From the NCBI RefSeq assembly GCF_006345805.1, contig NC_043005.1, positions 83,142,001-83,206,000 of the forward strand: a DNA stretch of 64,000 nucleotides. Reading direction: 5' to 3'. The position numbers and the translations under genes are program-made. Origin of the DNA: Octopus sinensis. Its lineage: Eukaryota. Positions 51,720 through 63,915 of the stretch are shown here, piece by piece. Within the stretch, counting starts at the first letter, position 1. Every line of letters starts with the position of its first letter. Below the pieces are notes generated by a model. The model was not told where the DNA came from and did no database searches. It saw nothing but the letters and a program-made list of their open reading frames with translations.

Positions 51720-51802
51720 TATACTAAGTAATTAAGGGTTTAGCAACGAATTGCCTCACCACACACCGAATTTAGAAATAGCAGTCAAAGAGTTATAGCT
51801 AT

Positions 51803-51848
<46 letters not shown>

Positions 51849-52072
51849 TATATATTGTGAAATAGAAAGATGAATAATCTTGTTGCAGATTAATCAAAAG
51901 TTTAACCGATACCTTGGTAGCAAAAATCACAGCAGAAGACAGCACGGTTGGAGGTACAACCATATGGTGTTGCAACCGTGCGTTGGTGCGGATAATTGAA
52001 TTTTAATATTATTAGTGAATTGAAGAAATGGAGTTGAACAGAACAGAATTGAACAGAAATCGTTTTATTGCA

Positions 52073-52152
52073 TTCTACATGTGTTTCGAAAGGCACAATT
52101 TACCAAATTCCGATTGAATAAGGAGACCGTATTGTGTCTTTCTCTTCAGGAA
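52073..52152 (-). ncRNA. Minimal type-I hammerhead ribozyme with intact core
   Basis: Minus strand: uuc-CUGAAGA-gaaagacacaau-(31 nt)-auugugccuuuc-GAAA-cacaug-UA-gaa. Helix II pairs at 11 of 12 positions and helix III has a palindromic ACAUGU. Confidence 0.8.
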
Positions 52153-52691
52153 GAAATAGGAAATCCGTTGGAAAAAACAAAAACAGAACAGAGGCGGGGC
52201 AAAACAAATCGAACGAGGCTCCTAGGAGCCCATGGCCAAACTGTTTATCAATGTATGTTGAAAACTGGTGGTGGGTGCGTTGAAGGTTTTAACGGGTCAG
52301 GCAGCGGTCATTCCGGTGGGTGGGAGCACGGGGTGCTTAGATGTTCTTTGTGACCGAGACTAAAGTTCTGACTATTTAAAGAATATTAGGTGTATTATAT
52401 GGGGCGAGACAAATTCTACTTAGAAACATGTGTGTGTGTACTGTTCTATGTGTTCGTATGTGCGTTTGATCACGTGGCCGTCAGTTGGTAAACAGCCCTA
52501 CACAATGGTCACTGCTGTAAAATCCGTCGGGTGGCAGAAAGAAATTATTTATGTGTGCGTGTGTTCGTCTAAACCTGCCTTGTCAAAGAAACCCCCCGTC
52601 GTCAAGACAAACCACCATTCGTCTCCCAGGAGTAATTCCCCTTGCAATGGTTAATCATATTTCTCTTAAAATCATATTTCTTTAATTCACT

Positions 52692-52737
<46 letters not shown>

Positions 52738-53887
52738 CTATACATACATATTAACACTTTACAGTATACTTACATATAGACATACATCTATACATCGATC
52801 TAAAATAATAGGAATACTAAAGGAAGGCCGGAATTTAAGAGAAGAGAAAACCAAAAGTTTATTCATTTAAAAATTCCTGAGTAGAACTTATTATTACTTC
52901 CGTCTTTGAAACTATTTTCAATGGTGAATTTGTTAACTTTGGCTAGTATTAAATAAGGATAAACTATTTATTACTGTTACTAAATTTTCTACAGCCACCT
53001 TTATATTCCATGACTACCATTCAGATCGATCAGGACAAGAATACTGGATTATTTTTCTGGTTTGTTGTTGTTGTTGTTTTAATGATGATGACGCTGTTAT
53101 TGTTGTTGTTGTTATTTCTCAAGCTCGGCCTTGGCCGTACTTCAACTGACTTTTGATAAAAGACAATCCAGCAATGATCATCACGTTATTCATTCCAAGA
53201 CAGTATACTTAGCGCCATATAATTTAATGTATCCTGTTTTACTAAAAGACAGTTTACATGATATGAAGAAGATTTCTTTGCTACTGCTATTTCTGGGAAA
53301 TTAACTAACGACTTCCTCAGCTTTTTCAGTGATATGGAAATGATCAAAGAAAATCAAAAACCTTATACAAATGAAGGAATCAATTTAACTAATTTGTTTC
53401 ATATTTCAGTCACATAATTCAATGATTGTAATTCTATTTTCATTAAAATATTTTTCTTCGCAAATTGTTCAGTTGATTTTTATGGACAAAGAATAGAAGC
53501 GTGTAGATAGTAATTGCAGACCATCGTTCTAGATATTTTCTCCGTAATAAATTCAAACTCAGACAAAGTATAATTAATTTTTTGTGAGAAACAGAAAATA
53601 CGATGTTTCAACGAGTGTAATTGATCCAAAAGAAATTAAATGAATAGAAACCTAGGATTGGATTGTAACCATTTTATTTTCAGTTTTGTTGCTGATACTC
53701 CTGTATGGCTAAGAGAAATGCGATGAGGTAAAATTGTATGACGTTCATGGTTTTCTCTCAAAATATGCTTCGGCTGGGAATGGATAACAGTTTGCAGACT
53801 CGATGCTCTCTCTAAAAAGCTTGCCACTCCAACATGTAGATAGGTAAAAGATATCAACTAACGACCAGTTTTATTCTTTTACCAACT

Positions 53888-53950
<63 letters not shown>

Positions 53951-54459
53951 TTACAAATAACTATTTATATGTGTATTACATAATCAAACTCGCACATATG
54001 TATATGTGTGTGTGCGTTTCTGTGCATTGTGTGTTTGTGATAAATATTAATTGACCTCGAGTCCCAGATTATATAAACATAATAACTTACATTATGACTA
54101 TATTCAAAAAAGTTTAGTATAAGAATAACTTAGCACCTAAAACTGATGTAATAAATGTCTGTTTAGATAAGACGTTGAACACTTAGTTAATTTAATGGCT
54201 GCTTTCCAGAAAGAATAGAAATTTGTATATATTGACCTCATAACAGTTAAGGACAGAGAAAATTAAAAGTAAACAAATACTTTTTTCACGCTTTAATTGA
54301 ATATTAAAATGGCGTATATCGCTTTAACAGAATATCGATGATTAATTTTTTTTTATATATTTACATTTTTGTGGATATGTATATATATATGAATGTTAAC
54401 ATCCATTCTCATGTATATGTGTATGTATATGTTTCCTTTATATCTATACGCACACACAC

Positions 54460-54570
54460 ATCTTTTATCTTTTGCTTCAGTTATAATATTGCGGCTACGC
54501 TGGGGCACCGCCTTGATGAATTTTAGTCGAGTGAATCGCCCCCAGAACTTATACTTTTTAAGCCTGGCAG
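54460..54570 (-). mobile_element. SINE family B 3' fragment
   Basis: tttgcttcagttataatattgcggctacgctggggcaccgccttg..ttagtcgagtgaatcgcccccagaacttat. Confidence 0.7.
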
Positions 54571-55059
54571 GTATATGGGTAAGAAGGAAGTAAGTAGGTA
54601 GGTAGGTAGGTAGGTAGGTAGGTATGAGTATATGCGTACATGTAAATGTTGTCGTGTACATATATAAAGTTCGTAATTTCTGTTGATCTGCGATGTGTGA
54701 TGTGTAATGTGTTTTCGGGTGATTTTAGTTTTGTATTTGTGTGTTTCTGTGAGACATGCAATCTGTGGGCAAGTGTCTTTAGTTCTGTATTCCTGACAAT
54801 GTCTGTGTGTGTCTGTGTGTTTCTCTGTGTGTAATCGAATTATACGTGTTCTCACGCTATTTTCATCTTTCAATTTCTCCCACCACCACCACCACATCGA
54901 TTCTCTTTATATCTCTCTAAATTTCTCCTTAAAACATTGTGACACACTAACTTTCTCTTTCTCAGCCGCTTCTCTTTCCTCATATAGTCAGACTCTTTCA
55001 TCTCTACAGCTGCATATTGTAGACCTTTCTGATTTGTTTCCGGCGAGACACATTTAGAC

Positions 55060-55600
55060 TTATCGCAAATTCGTACACGTATTAGTATTTGGATATATGA
55101 CAGGTTAAAAGTGAATATATATTTGTAGCTTCAAGACATTAAACCGACAAATGGTGCGAACTTGAAATGTATAAAATGACTTCAAATATCTGAAATCATG
55201 GATAGAAAGTTCAAAGAGAGAGAGAAAGAGAAGTAGAAATTGAATTGGCATGGCCAGCAATAAACAAGATGTCCGCAATATGGAGAATAAATTTTTAGAA
55301 TGACCTCAAAATACAGATTATAAAGTTGCTGTAGAAAGTATATTGATATCTGGATTTGAATTTTGGATGGTTACGAAAACAATAAAAAGAACGTCTCTTG
55401 GAAACAACATTCACTAAATGCATATAACTCACAGAATATTATATAGAAATACACCATTATTAAAGGAAACCATCAAACAATGCAAACAAAAGTTTCAGAG
55501 ACACTAAGGTAAAAGTTGTTTGTCTATTATTACTATGGAAACCAGTACGTGGTAAACTAAAACAAGGCAGAGCTTGTCGAACTTATGTATAGCAGTTACT
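55060..55600 (+). pseudogene. RTE-type LINE RT-thumb fragment
   Basis: NDFKYL..WIESS, LAWPAINKMSAIW, AVESILISGFEFW, LLLWKPVRGKLKQGRACRTYV*QLLE. Confidence 0.75.
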
Positions 55601-55724
55601 GGAATACACAAATCTTAAAGAAAGTGCGTTGCAAATATGATGGGTGGGGTGTCAAGAAAGTGTTGAGGAGAGTGGTCAGTGATAACCGTGTTCCATAAGC
55701 ATTCAAATCAGATCTTTTACTTGT

Positions 55725-55837
55725 TTGAATCATTGGACTCTGGCCATGATGGGGCACTAGTTTGAAGGGTTTAGTCGAACAAATCAACGCCAGTTGTCAT
55801 GTGGGGTGGGGATCAAACACACACACACATACATACA

Positions 55838-55885
<48 letters not shown>

Positions 55886-56095
55886 CATACATACATACAT
55901 ACATACATACATACATACATACATACATACATACAGCGGTCTTCCACGCAGTTTCTGTTCGCTAAATTTCTCACAAAGCATTTGTCGCGTCGAGGTATTG
56001 GTAGAAGACATCTTCCCAGGGTATGGTAATGGGAATAAAAAAAAATAAGTGGTTGCAAAGCGGGCTTCTTAACCACACAGCCATGCTGGCGCTTT
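55725..56095 (-). mobile_element. SINE family B (microsatellite-expanded)
   Basis: ttgaatcattggactctggccatgatggggcac..agtcgaacaaatc and cggtcttccacgcagtttctgttcgctaaatttctcacaaagc..gtagaagacatc. Confidence 0.75.
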
Positions 56096-56727
56096 GGGTA
56101 TGACAATAATTAGATCTTCATCCTCAACCACCATCCCCAACCCACAGTAGAAACACCCTTTCTTTCCAAAAAACTTTCTCCGCTTCTATCTCACAAATTT
56201 AATTTATAGTACGTATATCTCCGAAACTTTCAAACAAGCTAAGTTAAAATTTATTGGGTAGATTATTCCTAAGTAATATAATAATTTATAGAAGTCTTTA
56301 GAGAGTTTTTACTTAATAGGAATTTCCACTTTCTGGAAAATGACAGTGATATTGATAAATCGGCAATTGAAATGAAATTTAAGAAATTGAAAACTGTGCA
56401 AAAATTTTTTTAAGGGAAATTACAAAGATATTTGGAATACACATAAAATAAAAGATATATCTTTTTCAATGATACTTAGAATCATCGTAGGTGTTTACGT
56501 AAATATACTTAAGTTTATACACACATAACTATATGTTTGTAAATGTATATATTAATATGTATATTTACACACACACATATATCTATATATATATATATAG
56601 ATATATAAATATATATATCACACATTATACAAGTGGAGATAGAATACAATATATATATATATACACGCATATACATAATGTGCGTACATATATAACGTAA
56701 ATGCATAATGTAAATACATATATAATG

Positions 56728-56787
<60 letters not shown>

Positions 56788-56790
<3 letters not shown>

Positions 56791-57566
56791 TATTGTCTGA
56801 CAGCGCTTCGCGTCGAGTTCGTTCGAATTTTCGAATTTTCGAATTTTCGCTTCGTTCCGTCTCTTATCCCCCCAGTATTGTTTTATAATATAATTATGAC
56901 GCGAAATTCTCTCCCTTTGCTTTACCTTCCCCTCATTCTCTCCCTCTTCCTCATCCTTCTCTCAGCCGCGTGTCTTCCTCTATCTATATCTCTCTCTCTC
57001 TCACTCCTCCTCACTTTCGTCACTGCTAATCCTTTTGCACGTTGCTGTCAGGCCGTAAGGTCATGTTTCCCTGCGCTCACCAGTACCTCTTCCGTCCCAG
57101 CCAGAACAAAGGCCTTCGTTTGTTTTTTTCTATTGTTTTCTTGTTTATTTTGATTTCTCGTATTGTATTTTATTTCTCGTTTTGTATTTTCTTGTATATG
57201 TATTTTTAATTTTTATCTTGTATTTTATTGTGCAGTTCTATTGTTACGTCCCGTTTGTGTTACATTTTTTCGTGCTTATTTTACCCCTCTGCGAGGTTAT
57301 TTTATTTTAATTCTCTCGCAGGAAGGCCTAGTATTGACGAGTCGTGTCCTGTCTTGCCTTCGAAACGCGCTAAGTCTACTAGTGACAGCTGATGAAGGGG
57401 ATTTTTCCTTGTGTAGCATGTCCTGTATCTTGTTTTTCTGTTGTAAATAATGTTTTTCCCGTTTTCGTTCGCGTCCTGTTCCACGTCTCTGTCTTTCTGT
57501 TGTAACAAAATGGCTTTTCCGTTTTCGTTTTTGTTGAGTTTTACGTCTTTTTGTGGTGTCCTGTAC
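56788..57566 (+). mobile_element. Unclassified 780-bp element between (TA)n tracts, with hammerhead-like motifs (possible Penelope pLTR)
   Basis: Sharp boundaries with TA runs. Contains (ttcgaatt)x3 at 56822-56849, gaaggc..gccttc-GAAA-cgcgc-ta at 57322-57372 and CTGATGA at 57389-57395. Confidence 0.5.
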
Positions 57567-57658
57567 GTATATATATTTATATATGCATGTATATATACAT
57601 GTAGATGTCGGTACGTACATATATGTTTGTATGTATGCATATATTTTATTTATTACAC

Positions 57659-57690
<32 letters not shown>

Positions 57691-57702
57691 ATATTATATA
57701 TA

Positions 57703-57744
<42 letters not shown>

Positions 57745-57824
57745 ATATATATATATATACACATATATATTGATATAGATACATGCACTTACATACATGC
57801 ATACGCACATTCATATATATATAT

Positions 57825-57873
<49 letters not shown>

Positions 57874-58295
57874 AATATTAAGCATATTTGATATACATAA
57901 ATGTACGATTATGCATGTGTGTGATTGTGTGTGTGTGATTGTGTGTGTGAGTGAGTGTGTCTGCGTGCGTGTGTGTGTTATATAAATATATGTATATGTT
58001 ATGTATAATGATTTAACATTAATATATTTTGCCGGAAAATATTTCGTATCTCCATTATATAAATTTACGTTATTTAATAAAGAATACTTATCTCGTTGCT
58101 CGCAATGCATTTCCACAGATTGCGAGATATTTCTACGTAAATATGAAAACTTACATATATAAATCTAATGAAGACATGGGAACGTTACGTGCGCATATAC
58201 ACATATATACACAGTGGCATACAGAGATACACTTGCACACACAAATATATGGATACACGTCTATGTGTATGTGACCATATATATATATATATATA

Positions 58296-58330
<35 letters not shown>

Positions 58331-58364
58331 CATATATAGATAGATGGATATGTATATATATATG

Positions 58365-58417
<53 letters not shown>

Positions 58418-58421
58418 TATG

Positions 58422-58460
<39 letters not shown>

Positions 58461-59228
58461 TATATATGTGTGTATATATGTATGTGTGTATGTATGTATT
58501 ATGCATGTGTAGATCTGTATGTGTGTGTATGCGAGTGTATGTACACCTATCTAATTATCTATCAATCTATCTATCTTTGAATATATATTTATATGTGTGA
58601 GTGTGTGTGTGAGAGAGAGGGGGAGGTGCGCGCGTGTGTGCGAGAGTGTACAGGAAGCAGTTCTGCAATATTGATTTAATATAAATATGATGCGTATCGT
58701 CTATATCAGATAATTCTTTTCTTTGGCTACAAGCCAAAATTACATTTGAGTTAAATATTTTAATTACATAATGTCAATAATTATCTATGTTTTTACAAAT
58801 TTGTATTGATTGTTTTAATTATAACAAGATAAATTAGAAGCTGAACAGCAGCAACACCACTACATGAATAATAAATAATACGTTATAATAATTTCCGTTA
58901 TTATTATAAGTATTGTTTAATTTTATCATCATCATCGTCTTCATCAGCAGCAACAGCAGCATTGCTATTATAAGTCTCATTTACATTATTGTTCCCTAAG
59001 TAGAGTACCTTGCATTTAGGGTCTTTATTATTCTTTTCTTGATGAAATCTTCTCTTGTCATTTTATATCTGTTGCTACATTTGAATTGTCGATCTTTTTG
59101 AAATCGGTGTATACCCCTCTTTTTGAGAGTTATATTTCGTCTCTTTTATTTTGTTCTTAATGCCTTGGGACCTTGTGAGCAATAAAGAAAATCATCATCA
59201 CCATTATTATTATTGTTGTTGTTGTTAA

Positions 59229-59438
59229 GGCGGCGAGCTGGCAGAATCGTTAGCGCGTTGGACGAAATGCTTAGCGGTATTTCGCCCGTCACTGCGTTCT
59301 GAGTTCAAATTCCGCCGAGCTCGACTTTACCTTTCATCCTTTTGGGGTCGATTAAATAAGTACCAGTTACGCACTGGGGTCGATATAATCGACTATCCCC
59401 CTCCCCAAATTTCAGGCCTTATTCCTATAGTAGAAAGA
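59229..59438 (+). mobile_element. SINE family A, near-consensus full copy
   Basis: tRNA-like head with A box (tggcagaatcgttag) and B box (gttcaaattcc); tail ..cctatagtagaaaga followed by (TTA)n. Confidence 0.92.
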
Positions 59439-59459
59439 ATTATTATTATTGTTGTTATT

Positions 59460-59710
59460 CTGAAAGACACTCGGATAGCTCTTAATTACCGGTTGCTTTT
59501 TACTTGAAATCAAGCAATAACAAAATCACCAAAGGTTTCAAGCAGTACCTCCTCCAGTGACTCACTTAGGATGCGAGCTGTATCCAACAATGCTGTCTTC
59601 TGGATCACCTTGAGCCTGACAGCAGCTCCAATATTTTTAAAATCACGAAAGCACATACCCGCTTCATCGCTCTAACACTGGTCCCACGAAACCAAGGGCT
59701 TTGACAGTAG
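59460..59710 (-). mobile_element. 3' end of a Dong-type LINE (family 1-like)
   Basis: Minus strand gives VKALG..IGAAVRLKVIQKTALLDTARILSESLE. Its TAA tail is shared with the SINE at 59229. Confidence 0.7.
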
Positions 59711-59924
59711 ATGAAGGTCTGATAAAATCGCCCCAAAAGGCCTTTGTTGGGGATACAAGGAAGAATCAAACACAAACGATTAGAGGTTGCCATATCTTTT
59801 TCAAATGGGACAAAATAGAAAATCTCTCATAAAATTACACACAAAAAATATCGACACAAATATTAACACCGTCATCACAAGAAAACCAACTTTTACAAGC
59901 ACATTCACGAAAACAAAAGCAAAC

Positions 59925-59972
<48 letters not shown>

Positions 59973-59976
59973 ATCT

Positions 59977-60044
<68 letters not shown>

Positions 60045-60734
60045 ATCTATCTATCTATCTATCTCTATCTCTATCTCTCTTTCTCTCTCTCTCTCTCTCA
60101 CTCCCTCTATGGCTTTACAACCAATCGTATCACTTTTCTCTCCGCACCTATTATGGGGCTCATTATCCCCAACAGGTTTATGCGGATATTACCAGACCAC
60201 ATATACACTTGAAATTATGCGTTATGAAATTCCGACAGAAAATTAGATTGTATAGACTTATATAAGAACAAGTCACACAGAATGACGAAGCTTCCATACT
60301 CAGAGATATTGTAATCCACACAAAGAAGGAAAGCAAGGATAATAATACTGGATTAATCTTTGAATCAAAAGAAAAATCAAGATAACAGCTTCAACTGATG
60401 CATCAGAGCTAACAGATGAAAATGGATCTCTAAAAGAATTTTAGAAATTAAAGTTAATCGCTACATCAAAGTAGCTGCTCCAAATTACTAATTAGTAATT
60501 TTAGAAATTATCAAATACAAGCAAATATAAACGCAAAATAGAGAAGGCTTGTATCTGAGCACCGGAGAACTAAACAATCTCCTTAATAAGAGGCGCTTTG
60601 AGAATTATTAAAAGGCATGTAGACAGATATACTAGGCATACTAAACAGAAAACGGCACTAATAATCCTTCTCCAGCCACCCCTTGGAAAAACTCGCTGAC
60701 GGTTCTGCCATCAGGTTGCCTGAATGATGATGAT

Positions 60735-61168
60735 ATTTCATTCTAATTTTGGCACAAGGCAAGCACTTATGGGGGTTAGTCTATTATATCGATTCCCGGG
60801 CTTAAGTGATGCTTATTCTTTCGCTTGCGAAAGGATGAAAGATAGAGTCGACCTCGGCAGAATTTAAACCCAGAATGTAAAAACGGACGAAATGACACTG
60901 AGCATTTTGTCCAGCGTGCTAAAGTTTATGTGAGCTTGCCGCCTTGATGATAATAGTACACGTTTCAATTTTTGGCACAAGGCCAGCAATTTCGGGAGAG
61001 GTGTAAGTCGATTTCATTCACCCCAGTGCTCAACTGGTACTTATTTTATCGACCCTAAAAGGATGAACGGCAAAGGCAACCCCGTGAAATTTGAACACAG
61101 AAGGTAAAGATACGAAAATACGCTAATCATTTTGCCTGGTGTGTTAACGATTCTGTCAGCTCGCCATC
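60735..61168 (-). mobile_element. Two tandem SINE family A copies
   Basis: Copies at about 60735-60944 and 60962-61168, both reverse matches to 59229-59438. Confidence 0.85.
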
Positions 61169-61233
61169 TTAGACAACAACAACAACAACAACAACAATAA
61201 CAATAACAATAATAATAAGTATAATTATAATAA

Positions 61234-61787
61234 TGCCCTAGTGCAGTACCAGACTGTGACTCGCATGGCTTTTGATCTTAACTGATTGGAAGTGTTATCA
61301 TGTACATTGTTTTGTCTTGCTATAAAAGATGGCCCACAGCAAATATCCTGCTCAATACCACAGATTTGCTTGTCACTTCTTTCATCTTAACCAGTTGAGC
61401 ATTCCCCTAGTGATTGACAATATGTGCAACTCTGATGACGAGCAGAAGTAGTTGTAGAGCCTCATAATCATGTGTTGAGGGGAATTCTTTGGGGTTTAGA
61501 TAATTCATTCTGAAAAGATGGGTATTTTGTTCATCATTCTTAAAACAAACGTTATTCAGGGACCTTTTGAGCGGGATGGGTTATTCAACCTAAACAAAAT
61601 TCTAACTGGCCGACCTGCAAGGTCATGCGCTGTTTAACTTGATATGAGATCATAATTTTACGCACATATGGTTGTGATGCATGTGCCCAGTGTACCTTTA
61701 TTAGACGGGTAAGTCATGATGGGTATATTGGGCTTCGTATATTTGTACCCCAGTGTCATTTTGATGGCATGCGCTGCTTCCTCACTC
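61234..61787 (+). mobile_element. Longest copy (about 555 bp) of the TAA-flanked non-coding element
   Basis: No ORF and no tRNA boxes seen. The 5' side is (TAA)n; the 3' end is ctcactc-aat followed by (AAG)n. Homologous 3' ends occur at 18-62 and 12156-12494. Confidence 0.8.
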
Positions 61788-61789
61788 AA

Positions 61790-61790
<1 letters not shown>

Positions 61791-61820
<30 letters not shown>

Positions 61821-61870
61821 AAGAAGAAGAAGAAGAAGAAGAAGAAGAAGAAGAAGAAGAAGAAGAAGAA
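61791..61870. repeat. (AAG)n microsatellite
   Basis: Directly visible between two retroelements. Confidence 0.97.
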
Positions 61871-62182
61871 ACTTTCAAAATACAAAGACCTAGAAATAAA
61901 GGTAACTAGAATGTGGAATCTAAAAACAGAAACAATTCCTATCATAGAAGGCGCATTAGGTATGATAAAAAAAATATTCAGACAAATACATAACAAAAAC
62001 ACCAGGATTTACAAATATATACAACATACAGAAAATTGCACTACTAGGCACTGCACACATCCTACGTAAAACACCTTCAATGCAGTAACCATAAGAGCAT
62101 CACAACAAACCACAGCACATATCCAAGGCACACAGATCTGCGCTCGGTAGTGATGTGAAAGCACGATATAAAAATAAAACTA

Positions 62183-62185
<3 letters not shown>
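61868..62185 (+). mobile_element. 3' end of R4/Dong family 2
   Basis: KLSKYKDLEIKVTRMWNLKTETIPII plus a 3'UTR aligning closely with 3613-3934. Followed by (TAA)n at 62186-62241. Confidence 0.92.
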
Positions 62186-62241
<56 letters not shown>

Positions 62242-62242
<1 letters not shown>

Positions 62243-62451
62243 CCTTTCTACTATAGGCAAGGGCCTGAAATTTGGGGGAGGGGACTAGTAGATTACATCG
62301 ATCCAGTGTTTCACTGGTACATAATTTATCGATCCCGAAAAGATGAAAGGCAAAGTTGACCTCGGCGGAATTTGAACTCAGAACTTAGCGAGAGACGAAA
62401 TACCACTAAACATTTTGTCCGGCCTACTAACGGTTCTGCCAACTCACCGCC
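62242..62451 (-). mobile_element. SINE family A flanked by (TAA)n on both sides
   Basis: Reverse match to consensus, with taa tracts at 62186-62241 and 62452-62520. Confidence 0.9.
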
Positions 62452-62522
<71 letters not shown>

Positions 62523-63026
62523 ACAACAACAATAACAACATCAACAAGTATAATGATTAGTTTTATTGGCCAAAATGACCAAGATATTGAATACAATATA
62601 AAGGGACGAAATAAAGAGAGGAATTTAATTCCGAGTGTAAAAGACCAGAACCAAAGAAGCAAGAGACATTTTCCTGTGCTCTAATGCTTCTGCTAGCTCG
62701 CCATCTTTCTGGCAGACATACAACACAAGAGTAGTATCACAACACTTCAACAACCCGATATACATATCTCAGATTACTGTGACTCTACCTCCCTATAATT
62801 ATTTACTGTTTCACCTGTAAGCTCTGCAAGTCAGAATACGTCCTTGAAACTAGAGAGCGGTTAAGTTTATTATTGACAATCAAGGTTATTATTTAACTGA
62901 ACGCCTCTTCAGAACAACATCCAGGACAACATAAATTATTTTCCAAACCGATGTCTACATATTTCAGTTTGCTTGGACCGCTTAATGAACCACCTGTGAA
63001 CCACCTGTTTTTGGTATATTTACGTA

Positions 63027-63386
63027 GGCGCAGGAGTGGATGTGTGGTAAGTAGCTTGCTTACCAACCACATGGTTCCGGGTTCAGTCCCATTGCGTGGA
63101 ACCTTGGGCTAGTATCTTCTACTATAGCCTCGGGCCAACCAAAGCCTTGTGAGTGGATTTGGTAGACGGAAACTGAAAGTAGCCCGCCGTGTGTGTGTGT
63201 GTTTGTCCCCCCACCATAGCTTGACAACCGATGCTGATGTTTACGTCCCGGTAAATTAGCGGTTCGGCAAAAGAGACCGATAGATTAAGTATTTGGTTTA
63301 CAAAGAATAAATTCTGGGGTCGATTTGTTCGACAAAAGCGGCGCGCCAGCATGACCTCTGTCAAATGACTGAAACAAATAAAAGAG
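63027..63386 (+). mobile_element. SINE family B, full-length copy (tRNA head plus conserved central domain, probably Meta-SINE type)
   Basis: ggcgcaggagtggatgtgtggtaagtagcttgc.., B box ggttcagtccc, central gccttgtgagtggatttggtagacggaaactgaaag, and tail gactgaaacaaataaaagag. Confidence 0.88.
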
Positions 63387-63700
63387 ACTACATATAAGTA
63401 AGTGTACACAATGTATGTATATGATTTTACTGCTACTGACTTCGAAGGTTCTCAAAGAAATTCAATAAAATTATTGAAAATGTCAGCGACCACACTTGAT
63501 TTGAGTAAATTGTCCAGAAAAGTAAACAACTAGAGACAGAGGCAGGTGAGGGGACAATAGTTTCATTGTCAGGAAGAGTCTTTGACGTTTCAAGCCTGCT
63601 CTCTTCTACAGAAAGGAATGGGAAAAGAAAACAAATGGAGAAGGAAAAACTGTAAGAGGAAAACGTGTCTGGATTGACGGTTGAACATGTTATATATATA

Positions 63701-63769
<69 letters not shown>

Positions 63770-63845
63770 CATACATACATACATACATACAAATATATAT
63801 ATAAATATGTGTGTGTGCAAGCACATTTCCACTTATACGCGTGCT

Positions 63846-63915
<70 letters not shown>

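Noticed and set aside
59229-59310. tRNA genes at SINE heads (families A, B, C)
   Set aside because: A/B boxes are present but are followed by SINE bodies in many dispersed copies; no full cloverleaf.
60200-60620. Possible Penelope endonuclease remnant (RKI..REGLYLSTGELNNLLNKR)
   Set aside because: Only a short, frameshifted, weak resemblance; insufficient to annotate.
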